Positions 11,123-20,348 of a stretch of DNA of 64,000 bases are shown here, piece after piece (position 1 is the stretch's first letter; each line of letters opens with the position of its first letter). Made by a program: the position numbers and the translations under genes. Under the pieces are notes generated by a model. The model ran no database searches. It was not told the DNA's origin and saw nothing but the letters and a program-made list of their open reading frames with translations. Origin of the DNA: an uncultured Chloroflexia bacterium (lineage in GTDB: Bacteria > Chloroflexota > Anaerolineae > CG2-30-64-16). The stretch lies in NCBI GenBank assembly GCA_963810095.1, contig CAWEMM010000006.1, forward strand, positions 480,001 through 544,000, in the 5' to 3' direction.

Positions 11123-11190
11123 ACCGCAAAGCCACAAAGACACGCAGATGGCCGGCCTGTTGAACCCTTGTGTCTTTGTGTCTTTGTGTT
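11123..11190. repeat. REP-like palindrome, CACAAAG family
   Basis: CGCAAAGC CACAAAGA CACGCAGA ... CTTGTGTCTTTGTGTCTTTGTGTT. Confidence 0.8.
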
Positions 11191-11195
11191 TCAAA

Positions 11196-12254
11196 CTAGG
11201 CCGTATAGCGGCCGTACTTCTTGCCGGCTTCGAACATGCGTAGAATGTTCTCGATTGGGATACCGTCGTGCAGGGAATGGTCGGAGGCCAGGATATAGCC
11301 CCCACCCGCGCCGGCGTCAGCGATGGCCTCCCGCACTTCCGCCTCGACCTCGTCGGGCGTGCCATACGGCAGCGTGCGTGACGAGTCGATGTTTCCGACG
11401 ATGGCGAAACGCTTCCCGTACGTTTCCTTGAACCACTTAAGGTCCATCCCCGCGGTCCGCTGCAGCGGGTGAACCGAGGTCACCTTGGTCTGCGCGATGT
11501 CGGGCAGATAGTCCGTGATGCAGCCGCACGCATGGAGCAAAACCGGCACCCCCAGGCTCGCCACGTACTCGACCAGCTCGACGAACGGCGGCAGAATGTA
11601 CTTGCGGTAGTGGGGCAGGCGGAAGAAACCGCGCGACGAGTCGCCCAGGTCCTCGCTGACCCAAATGCCCACGCACCCCGCCTCGACCGACAGCCGCGCC
11701 GCTTCCTTGAAGAACTCGTTGGAGATTCGGAAGACGTCGGTGAGAAGCTGCGGGTCGTCGTACAGCGCGAACGAGATATTCTCGTACCCCATGAGTAGCC
11801 ACGCCGTGGTCAGCGGGCCCTGCACACCCCCGAGCAGTGCGATATGGTCGTTCTCCATATCGCGGGCCGCCACGATCTCGGCCGTGCGGCCGGCCAACGA
11901 CGGATCGGGCGACACGTAGCCCTTGAGGTCGTCCCGGCGCTTGATCGGATAATCGATCGGCGCATCGATGGGCCAGGACGAGGGCTCCTTCTGATACGTC
12001 GTGCCCCATTCGTCAAGGTACACGTTGGCGCTCAGGTACTTGGGCTGGTAGCCGGAGAACCCGCCGAACGGCAGCCATACGCCGTCGTGGTCGAGCGCAA
12101 GCGCGCACTTGACCGCGTCGACGCCATTATACCCGCCCGGCCGGTGACCAATCAATGCCTCGTACAACGGCTCCTGGAACAAGAAGTCGAACATAGGCAC
12201 CCGGTCGGGCTGCTGGAGATGGAGGGCAGCCAGAAATCGCTCTTGTCGGTTCAT
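11196..12254 (-). CDS. Uroporphyrinogen decarboxylase/MtaA-fold protein (paralogue 3)
   Basis: MNRQERF, PDRVP, DEWGTTY, SEDLG, LHACG, IVGNID, GGYILASDH. Confidence 0.85.
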   Translation of the reverse strand: MNRQERFLAALHLQQPDRVPMFDFLFQEPLYEALIGHRPGGYNGVDAVKCALALDHDGVWLPFGGFSGYQPKYLSANVYLDEWGTTYQKEPSSWPIDAPIDYPIKRRDDLKGYVSPDPSLAGRTAEIVAARDMENDHIALLGGVQGPLTTAWLLMGYENISFALYDDPQLLTDVFRISNEFFKEAARLSVEAGCVGIWVSEDLGDSSRGFFRLPHYRKYILPPFVELVEYVASLGVPVLLHACGCITDYLPDIAQTKVTSVHPLQRTAGMDLKWFKETYGKRFAIVGNIDSSRTLPYGTPDEVEAEVREAIADAGAGGGYILASDHSLHDGIPIENILRMFEAGKKYGRYTA

Positions 12255-13283
12255 ACTGCGCTCTGCTTTCGTTTCATAAATGCCGGCAGATGGAGGCCCT
12301 GCCCCTTCAGCGTCATGTCGAGGAGGACCGCGAAGATGAGGACGATGCCCTGGAAAACGTACTGGTAGAAGGTGTGAACGCCCAGCAGGTTCAGCCCGTT
12401 CGTGAGCACGCCCACGATGAGTGCGCCGATGACCGTGCCGAAGACCGAGCCTTCGCCGCCCGCCAGGCTGGTGCCGCCCAGGATCACCGCGACGATCACG
12501 TCAAACTCAAAGCCAAAGCCAACGTCTGGCTGGCCCGAAGCCAGGCGCGAGGCCATGATCAGGCCGGCGACGCCGGTCATCAGGCCCACCAGTGCGTAGA
12601 GCGTAAACTGAACGCGATTTACGGGCACGCCCGAGAGCCGGGCCGTTTCCTTGTTGCCGCCAATCGCGAACGTGTACTTGCCGAGCAGCGTGTGGTGCAG
12701 CAGGAAGTGGAAGACGACTGCGACGACCAGCATGATGATGACGGGCGTCGGAATCGGGCCCAGGTACGAGCGGCCCATCAACCGGAAGTCGGGCGGCAGG
12801 CCGGTGACCACCGCGCGGCCGCCGCTGATCAGGAAGGCGAGGCCGCGGGCGACGTTCATCGTGCCGAGCGTTGCAATCACAGGCGTGATCTTCAAGATTG
12901 ACGATGAGGAAGCCGTTGATGAGGCCGATCATCAGCCCGCTGCCCACGCCGAGCACGATGGCGGCCCACAGGGGATAGCCCGTGGTGGCTAGCTTGGCCG
13001 CCACGACGCCGGATAGGGCCAGCACACCGCCGACCGAAATATCGAGACCGCCGCTGATCATGACCATGGTCGCCGCACTGGCCGCGATGATAACCATCGC
13101 GGTCTGGCGCAGCACATTCGTCAGGTTCGTGACCGTGGGGAACTTGGTCGGGGCCAGCAGCGACATGACGACCATCAGCAGGACGAGCACGCCCAAAATG
13201 ACGAGCCGTTGGATCAGATCGGAGTCTAGCCGGCGGCCGCCCCGCCGCTTATCCGCCCTGGCGTTGGTGGTGACTTGTTGCAT
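12251..13283 (-). CDS. Monosaccharide (CUT2, RbsC-like) ABC permease (frameshift near 12895)
   Basis: MISGGLDISVG, AIGGNKETARLSG, VIVAVILGGTSLAGGEG. Confidence 0.88.
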
Positions 13284-13362
13284 TCGCCTGTCTCCTCAAG
13301 CGGCGCAGGGCCGCCGGTGGTTTGTCGGGTGTCGAGCGGTCACCGCCGCACACCCCCTCGGT

Positions 13363-14863
13363 TTACACGTCCGTCGAGGCGCCCGCCGCAAAGGCGAGGA
13401 TCTTCTCCTGTGTGGCCTCAGCCCGCGGCAGATCCGCGACGATCCGCCCCCGATTCATCACGAGAATGCGGTCGCTCATGCTCAACAGCTCTTCCATTTC
13501 CGACGAGAACATGAGCACTGCCTTCCCCTCGCACGCCAGTTGATCCATAAGCGCGAAAATCTCCGCCTTGGCGCCCACGTCGATGCCGCGCGTCGGTTCG
13601 TCGAGAAGCAGCACCCGCGAATCGGTCGCCAGCCAACGGGCGACTACGCACTTCTGCTGGTTGCCGCCGCTGAGGTTGCGCACCTTCTGACGAATGGTAG
13701 GCGTCTTAATCCGCAAGCTCTCGACGAACTTCTGGCCGAGTGAACGAGAACGCCGCGAACTGACCACACCGAACTGGGCAATCTTGCGGGGTGCAGCCAA
13801 ACCGATATTCTCTTCCACCGTCATCGCGCCGACAATGCCTTGGGTCCGCCGCTCTTCGGGCACCAGGCCCACGCCCTTCGCGGATCGCGACACGGGGCGT
13901 CCGAGGCAGTACCCGTTGCCCGCCAATCCACATCTCGCCCGCCTCTGCCGGGTCAGCGCCAAAAATCAGGCGCGCCAGCTCGGTGCGCCCGGCGCCGGCC
14001 AATCCGGCCACGCCGACGATTTCGCCGGCCTTGACGGTAAGCGTGATGTCGCGCAGCGCGCTGCCGCGCGAGACGTTTTTCAGCACCAGCAGTGGATCAC
14101 CAAGCGTGCGGTTCGAGGCGCGTTCGGTAATGGTTAGCTCGCGGCCGACCATCAGCCGCACGAGGCCGGCCGGCGTGATGTCCTTTATGTTGCCGGTCTG
14201 AATATGCCTGCCGTCGCGCAGCACGGTGAACCTGTCGCCAATGTTGAAGATCTCGGCCAGCCGGTGAGAGACGTAAACGATGGTCACACCCTGTTCGCGC
14301 AGCCGGGCAATGATGGCAAATAGCGTCTCGAGCTCATGCTCGGTTAGCGGCGCTGACGGCTCATCCATAACGATGACCGAGGCGTTCGTCGACAGTGCGC
14401 GCGCAATCTCGACCATCTGCTTTTGCGCCACGCTGAGGTGGCCCATGGGCGTGCGTGGATCGAGATCGAGACCCAGGCGCGCCAGGTGCTCGAGCGCCGC
14501 AGCGCCCTCCGCCTTGCGATTCCAGCTGCTGCCGTTCCGCTCCTGACCCAACGTCAAATTGTCGGACACTGTGAGCTGGTTGACGACGTTCAGCTCCTGG
14601 TAAATAAAACTCAGCCCGAGCAGCTGGGCCTGATGTGGGCTCCGAATAACGACGGGCTTGCCGTTAAGCTCGATCTGGCCGGAGTCTGACTGCTGCGCGC
14701 CCGCCAGGATCTTAATCAGGGTGGACTTGCCGGCGCCGTTCTCCCCCACCAGGCAGTGCACCTCACCTCGGCGCACGTCGAAGCTGACGTCGTCCAGGGC
14801 AACAACGCCGGGATAGGTCTTGGTAAGGTGTTGGAACGAGAGAACCGATGGTTGTTCGACCAT
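13363..14863 (-). CDS. Monosaccharide ABC ATP-binding protein, RbsA-like (frameshift near 13880)
   Basis: GENGAGKST, MDEPS, second half LSGGNQQK and LDEPTRGIDVGAK. Confidence 0.88.
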
Positions 14864-14880
14864 AATGGCTCCAGAGCGCT

Positions 14881-14950
14881 GCCACAGAGGTCACAGGGAC
14901 AACAGAGGCGGATGGTCCGCTGCTCCGAAAACCCTGTGGCCCCTGTGACC
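14881..14950. repeat. REP-like palindrome, CACAGAG family (9-nt periodic)
   Basis: CACAGAGGT CACAGGGAC AACAGAGG ... CCCTGTGGC CCCTGTGACC. Confidence 0.7.
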
Positions 14951-14960
14951 AAGAGGTCCC

Positions 14961-17060
14961 TTACTTCGCGTACTGGCTCAAGTCGGTCTTGGACAGATAT
15001 TGCTCGGCCAGGAACTTGTTCAGGTAAGTGATGTCGTCCGGGGTCAGCACCTCGGCGCCGATCCCCACGTCGGAGTTCTTGTCCATGGCGCGGGTGCCAG
15101 ACAACACCTCGGCCATCGTGTCGACGGTCGCACGGGCCAGTTCACGGGGCCGGTTGGCCACCGCGAGCTTGAGGCCGCTCTTCGGGTTGACAAGCTCGAT
15201 CAGCTCGGGCTCGGACCCGTCGTGGCTCACCAGGAACACGTCCTTGTTCGTGCCGCGGTTCGCGCCCTGCAGCGCGGCCAGCGCACCGAGCGCCGAGTCG
15301 CCGTTGCCGCCGTAGATCACGTTCACTTCGGGGTTCTTCTGCAGCAGGTCTTCTGTGGCGGCCAGCGCCTTGTCGCGCGAGCACTTGCCGTCGACGCGCG
15401 CCACGACCTTGGCCTTCGCATCGGTCGCGGTGAAGCCCTTGATGAAGCCATCGGCCCGATCCACGACGGCCTGCGTCGCGGGGCACTCGACCGTGGCGAT
15501 CATCGCCTGTGTGTCAGCGCCGAAAGTGGCATGGAACCGCTTCGCGGCCTCGATGCCGGCCTTCTCGGTGGCCTCACCTTCGGGGATGCCGACGAACGGC
15601 GCCTGTGCGCCCTCTCCGTGGCGGATGGCAAACGTGACGACCGGGATGCCGGCCTTCTGCGCTTCCTCGATCGACGGCACAGCCGCCGCGGGGTCGAGCA
15701 ATGCGAAGACAATGCCGTCGACCTTCTGCGCGATCAGGTCTTCCATCGCGCTCGCCATCACGGCTGCGTCCATCTTGCCGTCGCGCTCGACCAACTCGAG
15801 CCCGATTTCCTTGGCGTAATCCTCGACATGCTTCGAGTGCGCCTGGTAGTACGGATGCTCGAGGGTCAGGTAGATGTAGCCCAGTTTCTTGCCCTTCCAG
15901 TCGAAAGCAGCGGGCTTCGGCGCGGCTGCCGCGCTGCCGGCATACTTGGTCAGGTCGGTCGTCGACAGATATTGCTCGGCGAGGAACTTGTTCAGGTACT
16001 CGATGTTGTCGGGGGTGAGCACCTCGGCGGGAATGCGGACCTCAGAGTCCTTGTCCATCGCCCGCTTGCCCTGGATGGTCTCGACAAGGGTGTCGACCGT
16101 GGCGCGGGCCAGTGCTTTGGGGCGGTTGGCAACCGAGAGCTTAAGGCCGCTGGTCGGGTTGACAAGCTCGATCAGCTCGGGCTCCGAGCCGTCGTGGCTG
16201 ACCAGGAAGACGTCCTTGCTGGTGCCGCGGTTCGCACCCTGCAGCGCGGCCAGCGCACCGAGTGCCGAATCGCCGTTGCCGCCGTAGATCACGTTGACTT
16301 CGGGGTTCTTCTGCAGCAGGTCTTCCGAGGCGGCGAGCGCCTTGTCACGCGCACACTGGCCGTCGACGCGGGCCACGACCTTGGCCTTCGCATCGGTCTC
16401 GGTGAAGCCCTTGATGAAGCCGTCGGCCCGATCCACTACCTGCTGGATGGCAGGGCACTCGACCGTGGCGATCATCGCTTGCGTATCCGCGCCGAACGCG
16501 GCATGGAACCGCTTCGCGGCCTCGATGCCGGCCTTCTCAGTGGCCTCGGCCTCTGGGATACCCACGAACGGCGCATTAGCTTCCTCGCCATGATGAATGG
16601 CAAAGGTCACAACCGGAATGCCGGCCTTCTGCGCTTCCTGGATGGCGGGCACGCTCGCCGCTTCGTCAGCCAGGCAGAAGACAATGCCGTCGACCTTCTG
16701 TGCAATCAGGTCTTCCATCGCGCTCGCCTGCACGGCGGCGTCCTGTTTGCCGTCGCGCTCGATCAGCGTGAAGCCGAGTTCCTTGGCGTAGTCCTGCACG
16801 TGCTTCGAGTGCGCCTGGTAGTACGGGTGCTCGAGGGTCAGGTAGATGTAGCCGATCTTCAGATCTTTGACCTCCTTGCCGGTCGCTGCAGCGGCTTCGG
16901 CAACCACGGTCGCTGCGGGAGCAGCTTCCGGGGCCTTCGTCGCTGCAGGCGCCTGCGTGGGCGCGGGGGTGGGTGCGGGCGCGGCGGCTGGGGCGCAGGC
17001 CGCCACGACGCCTAAGAGGATCACCAGCAAGAGGGTGACCAGGGCCTTTGAGCTAGACAT
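14961..17060 (-). CDS. Sugar ABC substrate-binding lipoprotein with two tandem RbsB-like domains
   Basis: Lipobox VVAA-C, Pro/Ala/Thr linker, two similar domains 972 bp apart (GYIYLTLEHPYYQAH...); SD AGGAGG before ATG 17060. Confidence 0.9.
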   Translation of the reverse strand: MSSSKALVTLLLVILLGVVAACAPAAAPAPTPAPTQAPAATKAPEAAPAATVVAEAAAATGKEVKDLKIGYIYLTLEHPYYQAHSKHVQDYAKELGFTLIERDGKQDAAVQASAMEDLIAQKVDGIVFCLADEAASVPAIQEAQKAGIPVVTFAIHHGEEANAPFVGIPEAEATEKAGIEAAKRFHAAFGADTQAMIATVECPAIQQVVDRADGFIKGFTETDAKAKVVARVDGQCARDKALAASEDLLQKNPEVNVIYGGNGDSALGALAALQGANRGTSKDVFLVSHDGSEPELIELVNPTSGLKLSVANRPKALARATVDTLVETIQGKRAMDKDSEVRIPAEVLTPDNIEYLNKFLAEQYLSTTDLTKYAGSAAAAPKPAAFDWKGKKLGYIYLTLEHPYYQAHSKHVEDYAKEIGLELVERDGKMDAAVMASAMEDLIAQKVDGIVFALLDPAAAVPSIEEAQKAGIPVVTFAIRHGEGAQAPFVGIPEGEATEKAGIEAAKRFHATFGADTQAMIATVECPATQAVVDRADGFIKGFTATDAKAKVVARVDGKCSRDKALAATEDLLQKNPEVNVIYGGNGDSALGALAALQGANRGTNKDVFLVSHDGSEPELIELVNPKSGLKLAVANRPRELARATVDTMAEVLSGTRAMDKNSDVGIGAEVLTPDDITYLNKFLAEQYLSKTDLSQYAK

Positions 17061-17210
17061 TGTGCTTCCTCCTATGACATGCTGTGTCCGAGTACGTCGC
17101 TGTAGGGTGCATGGGGGTGCTGTGAAGCTCGATTGCACGCCATGCGGGCATACGGGCGGTGACCCCTGGGACAGCCGTTATTCCTCCCGCCGCCGGTGTC
17201 GACGACTGTT

Positions 17211-18935
17211 TCAGCTCGCGATGATTACCTCGACACCGAGCTGCGCCAGCGCCTGCCGGTCATGGGCGCTGATACCGGCGTCTGTAATCAAACGATGGAT
17301 GCTTTCGATGGGTGCAATTCTGACGAGTGACTCGACGCCGATCTTGGTATGATCGGCCAACAGGACCACCTCGCGGGCCGCCCGCAGCATCGCCTGCTTG
17401 ACGCCGGCCTCCTGCACGTTGGTGTTAGAGAGGCCAAAACTGGCGCTCAAGCCCGTGCCGGCGATGAAGGCCTTGTCTGCCCGCAGATTAAGGAAGGCGG
17501 CTTCGGCACTCGGGCCCGTCAGCGACTGGCTTTGGTTCCGCACGACGCCGCCGCTCGACAAGAGCGTGATCCCCCGCTCCGCGGCCAGCTCGCTCAGCAC
17601 GCCGACTGAGTTGGTAATCACCGTAATACCCTGCCGGCCCCGCAGCGCCTGCGCCATGTACCAAGTCGTCACCCCGCCATCCATGATGATGGTGTCGCCC
17701 TCGCTGACGAGCCGGGCCGCCGCGCACCCGATGTTGCGCTTGACTGCATCGATCTCGTGCACCATATCCTGGCTGGCATCGAGCACCTCGAGCTGAATTT
17801 CCAACTCACGGGCCCGCTCCTGCATGGCGCGCCGCACGGCCCGATACCAGTCGTGGGAGCTCAGAATTTGAATCCAGGCGAGCCGTGCCGGGCGAGGGCG
17901 GTTGGAAGAGTGGCTCAGCAGCTTGTAGCCTGCGCTGCCGGTCGCTAATTGCCCGACGGCGGGCCAGTTGATGCACCAGCCGTCGGGCCCGGCATCGGGC
18001 ACGTAGTAGCGGTCGAGCGTTTCGCGGGTGACAATGGCGAAGGGGGTCGTGATGCGATCGGGCAGAGCGCAGTCATGGAAGGCGCAGACGGCCGCATCCA
18101 CGCAGGCCCGGCCTACCACCTCGGGAAACATCGCAGCGCAGAGCTTGAAGAGGTCGCCCTGGGCGAGCAGATCCCGGGTCGCCTTGCCTTCGAGGCCGAA
18201 CCACGCGACCACGGGCGGCCGGCGCCCCGCACTGTGCGCGGCTCGCCACGCATCTACCGCACCGAGGATCGAATCGTCGTTGATGGCAAAGATGACGTCG
18301 ATATCGGGCTGGATCGCCAAGGCCTCGGCCACGATCGCGCGGGCAGGCCCGCGTGAGCCGCCGCCGTCAATGGTGAGCACGCTGCGCTCGCCCACAAACG
18401 TCTCGCGCAGCCCATCCGTGAAGCCGCGGCTGCGCGCCTCGGTGTTGGGGAGGGGATGGCTGACCTCCAGCACCTTGAGCGGTGCTGCGCCGTGCTGCTG
18501 CACATACTGCCCGGTGGCCCGGCCCAGCTCGAGCCCGGCCCGGTAGTCATCGATGGCAACCAGTGTCAACGCGCCCGCATAGCGATAGGCTTCGGCCACT
18601 ACGGGCGCACCTGCCCGTCGGGCCCGCTCGATCAAGGTCCGGGTGGCGGTCGTATCGCTGGGGGTCACGATCAGTGCGTCGGCCCGGTCCACCATGGCAA
18701 GCCGCTCTTCGAGCGCAGACAGGTTCGTCGGACCGCAAGGGGGGGCGCCGTGGCTGTTTGAAATGACTGCGCCGCCGTGCGTGCGGCGGAGCAAGCCGAG
18801 CTCTTCCAAACGCGCGAGATCCCGCCGTGCCGTGACGGGCGAGCATTCGCAGTGGTCGCAAATTGCCTCAATCGAGACAACCTGCTCCTGCTGCAACAGG
18901 TTCAGGATAATACCCTCGCGCTGGGCAGGGAGCAT
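17211..18935 (-). CDS. DeoR-family regulator: HTH + inserted periplasmic-binding-type domain + DeoRC domain
   Basis: SPVTARRDL..RRTHGGA HTH; IFAINDDSILGA; GDTIIMDGGVTT, ITVITNS, LADHTKIG. Confidence 0.85.
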   Translation of the reverse strand: MLPAQREGIILNLLQQEQVVSIEAICDHCECSPVTARRDLARLEELGLLRRTHGGAVISNSHGAPPCGPTNLSALEERLAMVDRADALIVTPSDTTATRTLIERARRAGAPVVAEAYRYAGALTLVAIDDYRAGLELGRATGQYVQQHGAAPLKVLEVSHPLPNTEARSRGFTDGLRETFVGERSVLTIDGGGSRGPARAIVAEALAIQPDIDVIFAINDDSILGAVDAWRAAHSAGRRPPVVAWFGLEGKATRDLLAQGDLFKLCAAMFPEVVGRACVDAAVCAFHDCALPDRITTPFAIVTRETLDRYYVPDAGPDGWCINWPAVGQLATGSAGYKLLSHSSNRPRPARLAWIQILSSHDWYRAVRRAMQERARELEIQLEVLDASQDMVHEIDAVKRNIGCAAARLVSEGDTIIMDGGVTTWYMAQALRGRQGITVITNSVGVLSELAAERGITLLSSGGVVRNQSQSLTGPSAEAAFLNLRADKAFIAGTGLSASFGLSNTNVQEAGVKQAMLRAAREVVLLADHTKIGVESLVRIAPIESIHRLITDAGISAHDRQALAQLGVEVIIAS

Positions 18936-18994
18936 CAGCGTTCCCTTCTGACTGGTTTTGATCGGAGGAGGTAAGTAATGAACGAAGCAGCCCC

Positions 18995-19023
18995 ATTCTA
19001 GCGGCGATAGCGGACAAAGTCAA
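18995..19023 (-). promoter_or_regulatory. Sigma70-type promoter of the regulator/ABC/URO-D operon
   Basis: TTGACT-17-TAGAAT. Confidence 0.7.
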
Positions 19024-19033
19024 TCAAGAAGCA

Positions 19034-19052
19034 TGATCGATTTTGATCGTTT
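19034..19052. promoter_or_regulatory. Putative DeoR operator
   Basis: Reverse complement AAACGATCAAAATCGATCA matches AAACGATCGTTATCGCTC at 26002-26019; lies between divergent promoters. Confidence 0.55.
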
Positions 19053-19116
19053 TGCGTGGGCTGGCCGCGGGGGTAGAATGGGGACTGTCTGGCCCGTGGA
19101 ACGACAGGAGGAAAGG

Positions 19117-20262
19117 GTGCCCGTAACGTCTGATTGGCTCGTCGTCGGGGCGGTGATTCTGGCGCGCCTCATCCTCCCTCTTCTCATCCCGAAGTACCCG
19201 CTGCCTGCTATCCTGGCATGTCTCCTCGTAGACGGTATCGACCAGACCGTCTTTCAGACGTTCACCAAGCTCAACCTCGACTGGTACCAGAACTACGACA
19301 AGGCGCTCGACATCTACTACCTGGTCATCGCGTATCTCTCGACCTTGCGGAACTGGCGCAGCCGGCCGGCCTTCCAGGTCAGCCGGTTCCTGTTCTATTA
19401 CCGGCTGATTGGGGTCGCGGCCTTTGAGCTGACCGAGTGGCGCCCGCTCCTGTTGGTTTTCCCCAACGTGTTCGAATACTTCTTTATTTACTACGAGGGC
19501 TTGCGCTCGCGCTGGAACCCGCTCCGCTTCAGCCGGCGCTACTGGCTCGTCGTGGCGGCCGCCATCTGGGTGTTCATCAAGCTCCCGCAGGAGTGGTGGC
19601 TGCACATCGCGCAACTCGATACGACGGACCTGATCAACGAGAAGGTATTTGGGGTGAGCAAGGATGCGGGGATTGCCGCGGGCATCGCCAACCGGCCGCT
19701 AATGCTGTTGGCGCTGATCGGGGCGGCCGCACTCGTGGCGCTTGTCGTGCGCTACCTGGTGATACCGCGCCTGCCGCCGCCGCACCACGGATGGCAGTTC
19801 GCGGCCGAGCGGCTGCCAAAGCGGGCCGGCACACCCGAGCAGCGCCGCGAAGTGTTCCTCCTCACGCGCAGCCCGGTCGACGCCGCGCTGTTCGAGAAAG
19901 TGGTCCTCGTGACCCTGGTCACGTTGATCTTCGCCCAGATTCTGCCGAGTTTTACCGGCACGAACTTGCAGCTGGCACTGGCGGTCGTCGCAGTCGTCAC
20001 CCTCAACTCGTTCGTAAGCCATTGGTTTGCCCATCGTGGCGTGGGCTGGCGGTCGCCCGTGGCCCAGTTCGGGGCGCTGCTCGCCGTCAATGCGGCGATC
20101 GTGGCCGCCGCCCACCTGCTGATCGGAGGGGGCCCCTTTGCTCTGGCGGGAGCCGGCGCCTTTCTGCTCGCGCTGCTCACGCTGCTGGTCACGCTGTACG
20201 ATTACTTTCGGCCGATGTACTCGGCCAGGTTCGAGTCGCGGGGCCGCGCCGGCTCGAAGTAA
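19117..20262 (+). CDS. Polytopic membrane protein, N-terminus resembling a divergent CDP-alcohol phosphotransferase
   Basis: AGGAGGA SD then GTG 19117; ~10 TMs; ARLILPL and DGID-x18-DKALD pattern. Confidence 0.6.
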   Translation: MPVTSDWLVVGAVILARLILPLLIPKYPLPAILACLLVDGIDQTVFQTFTKLNLDWYQNYDKALDIYYLVIAYLSTLRNWRSRPAFQVSRFLFYYRLIGVAAFELTEWRPLLLVFPNVFEYFFIYYEGLRSRWNPLRFSRRYWLVVAAAIWVFIKLPQEWWLHIAQLDTTDLINEKVFGVSKDAGIAAGIANRPLMLLALIGAAALVALVVRYLVIPRLPPPHHGWQFAAERLPKRAGTPEQRREVFLLTRSPVDAALFEKVVLVTLVTLIFAQILPSFTGTNLQLALAVVAVVTLNSFVSHWFAHRGVGWRSPVAQFGALLAVNAAIVAAAHLLIGGGPFALAGAGAFLLALLTLLVTLYDYFRPMYSARFESRGRAGSK

Positions 20263-20283
20263 CCTCGCCGGGAACACACAAAA

Positions 20284-20315
20284 GACGCCAGGTTCACGGC
20301 CGTGAACCTGGCGTC
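20284..20315. terminator. Perfect 32-bp palindrome between convergent genes (likely bidirectional terminator)
   Basis: GACGCCAGGTTCACGG|CCGTGAACCTGGCGTC. Confidence 0.65.
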
Positions 20316-20348
20316 GGGGTTGCGTGGGGGCGTGCGCCCGGGCGTCCG

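Noticed and set aside
8874-12254. Calling the three genes hemE
   Set aside because: The HemE RQAGR motif is absent and the context is sugar transport, not tetrapyrrole synthesis
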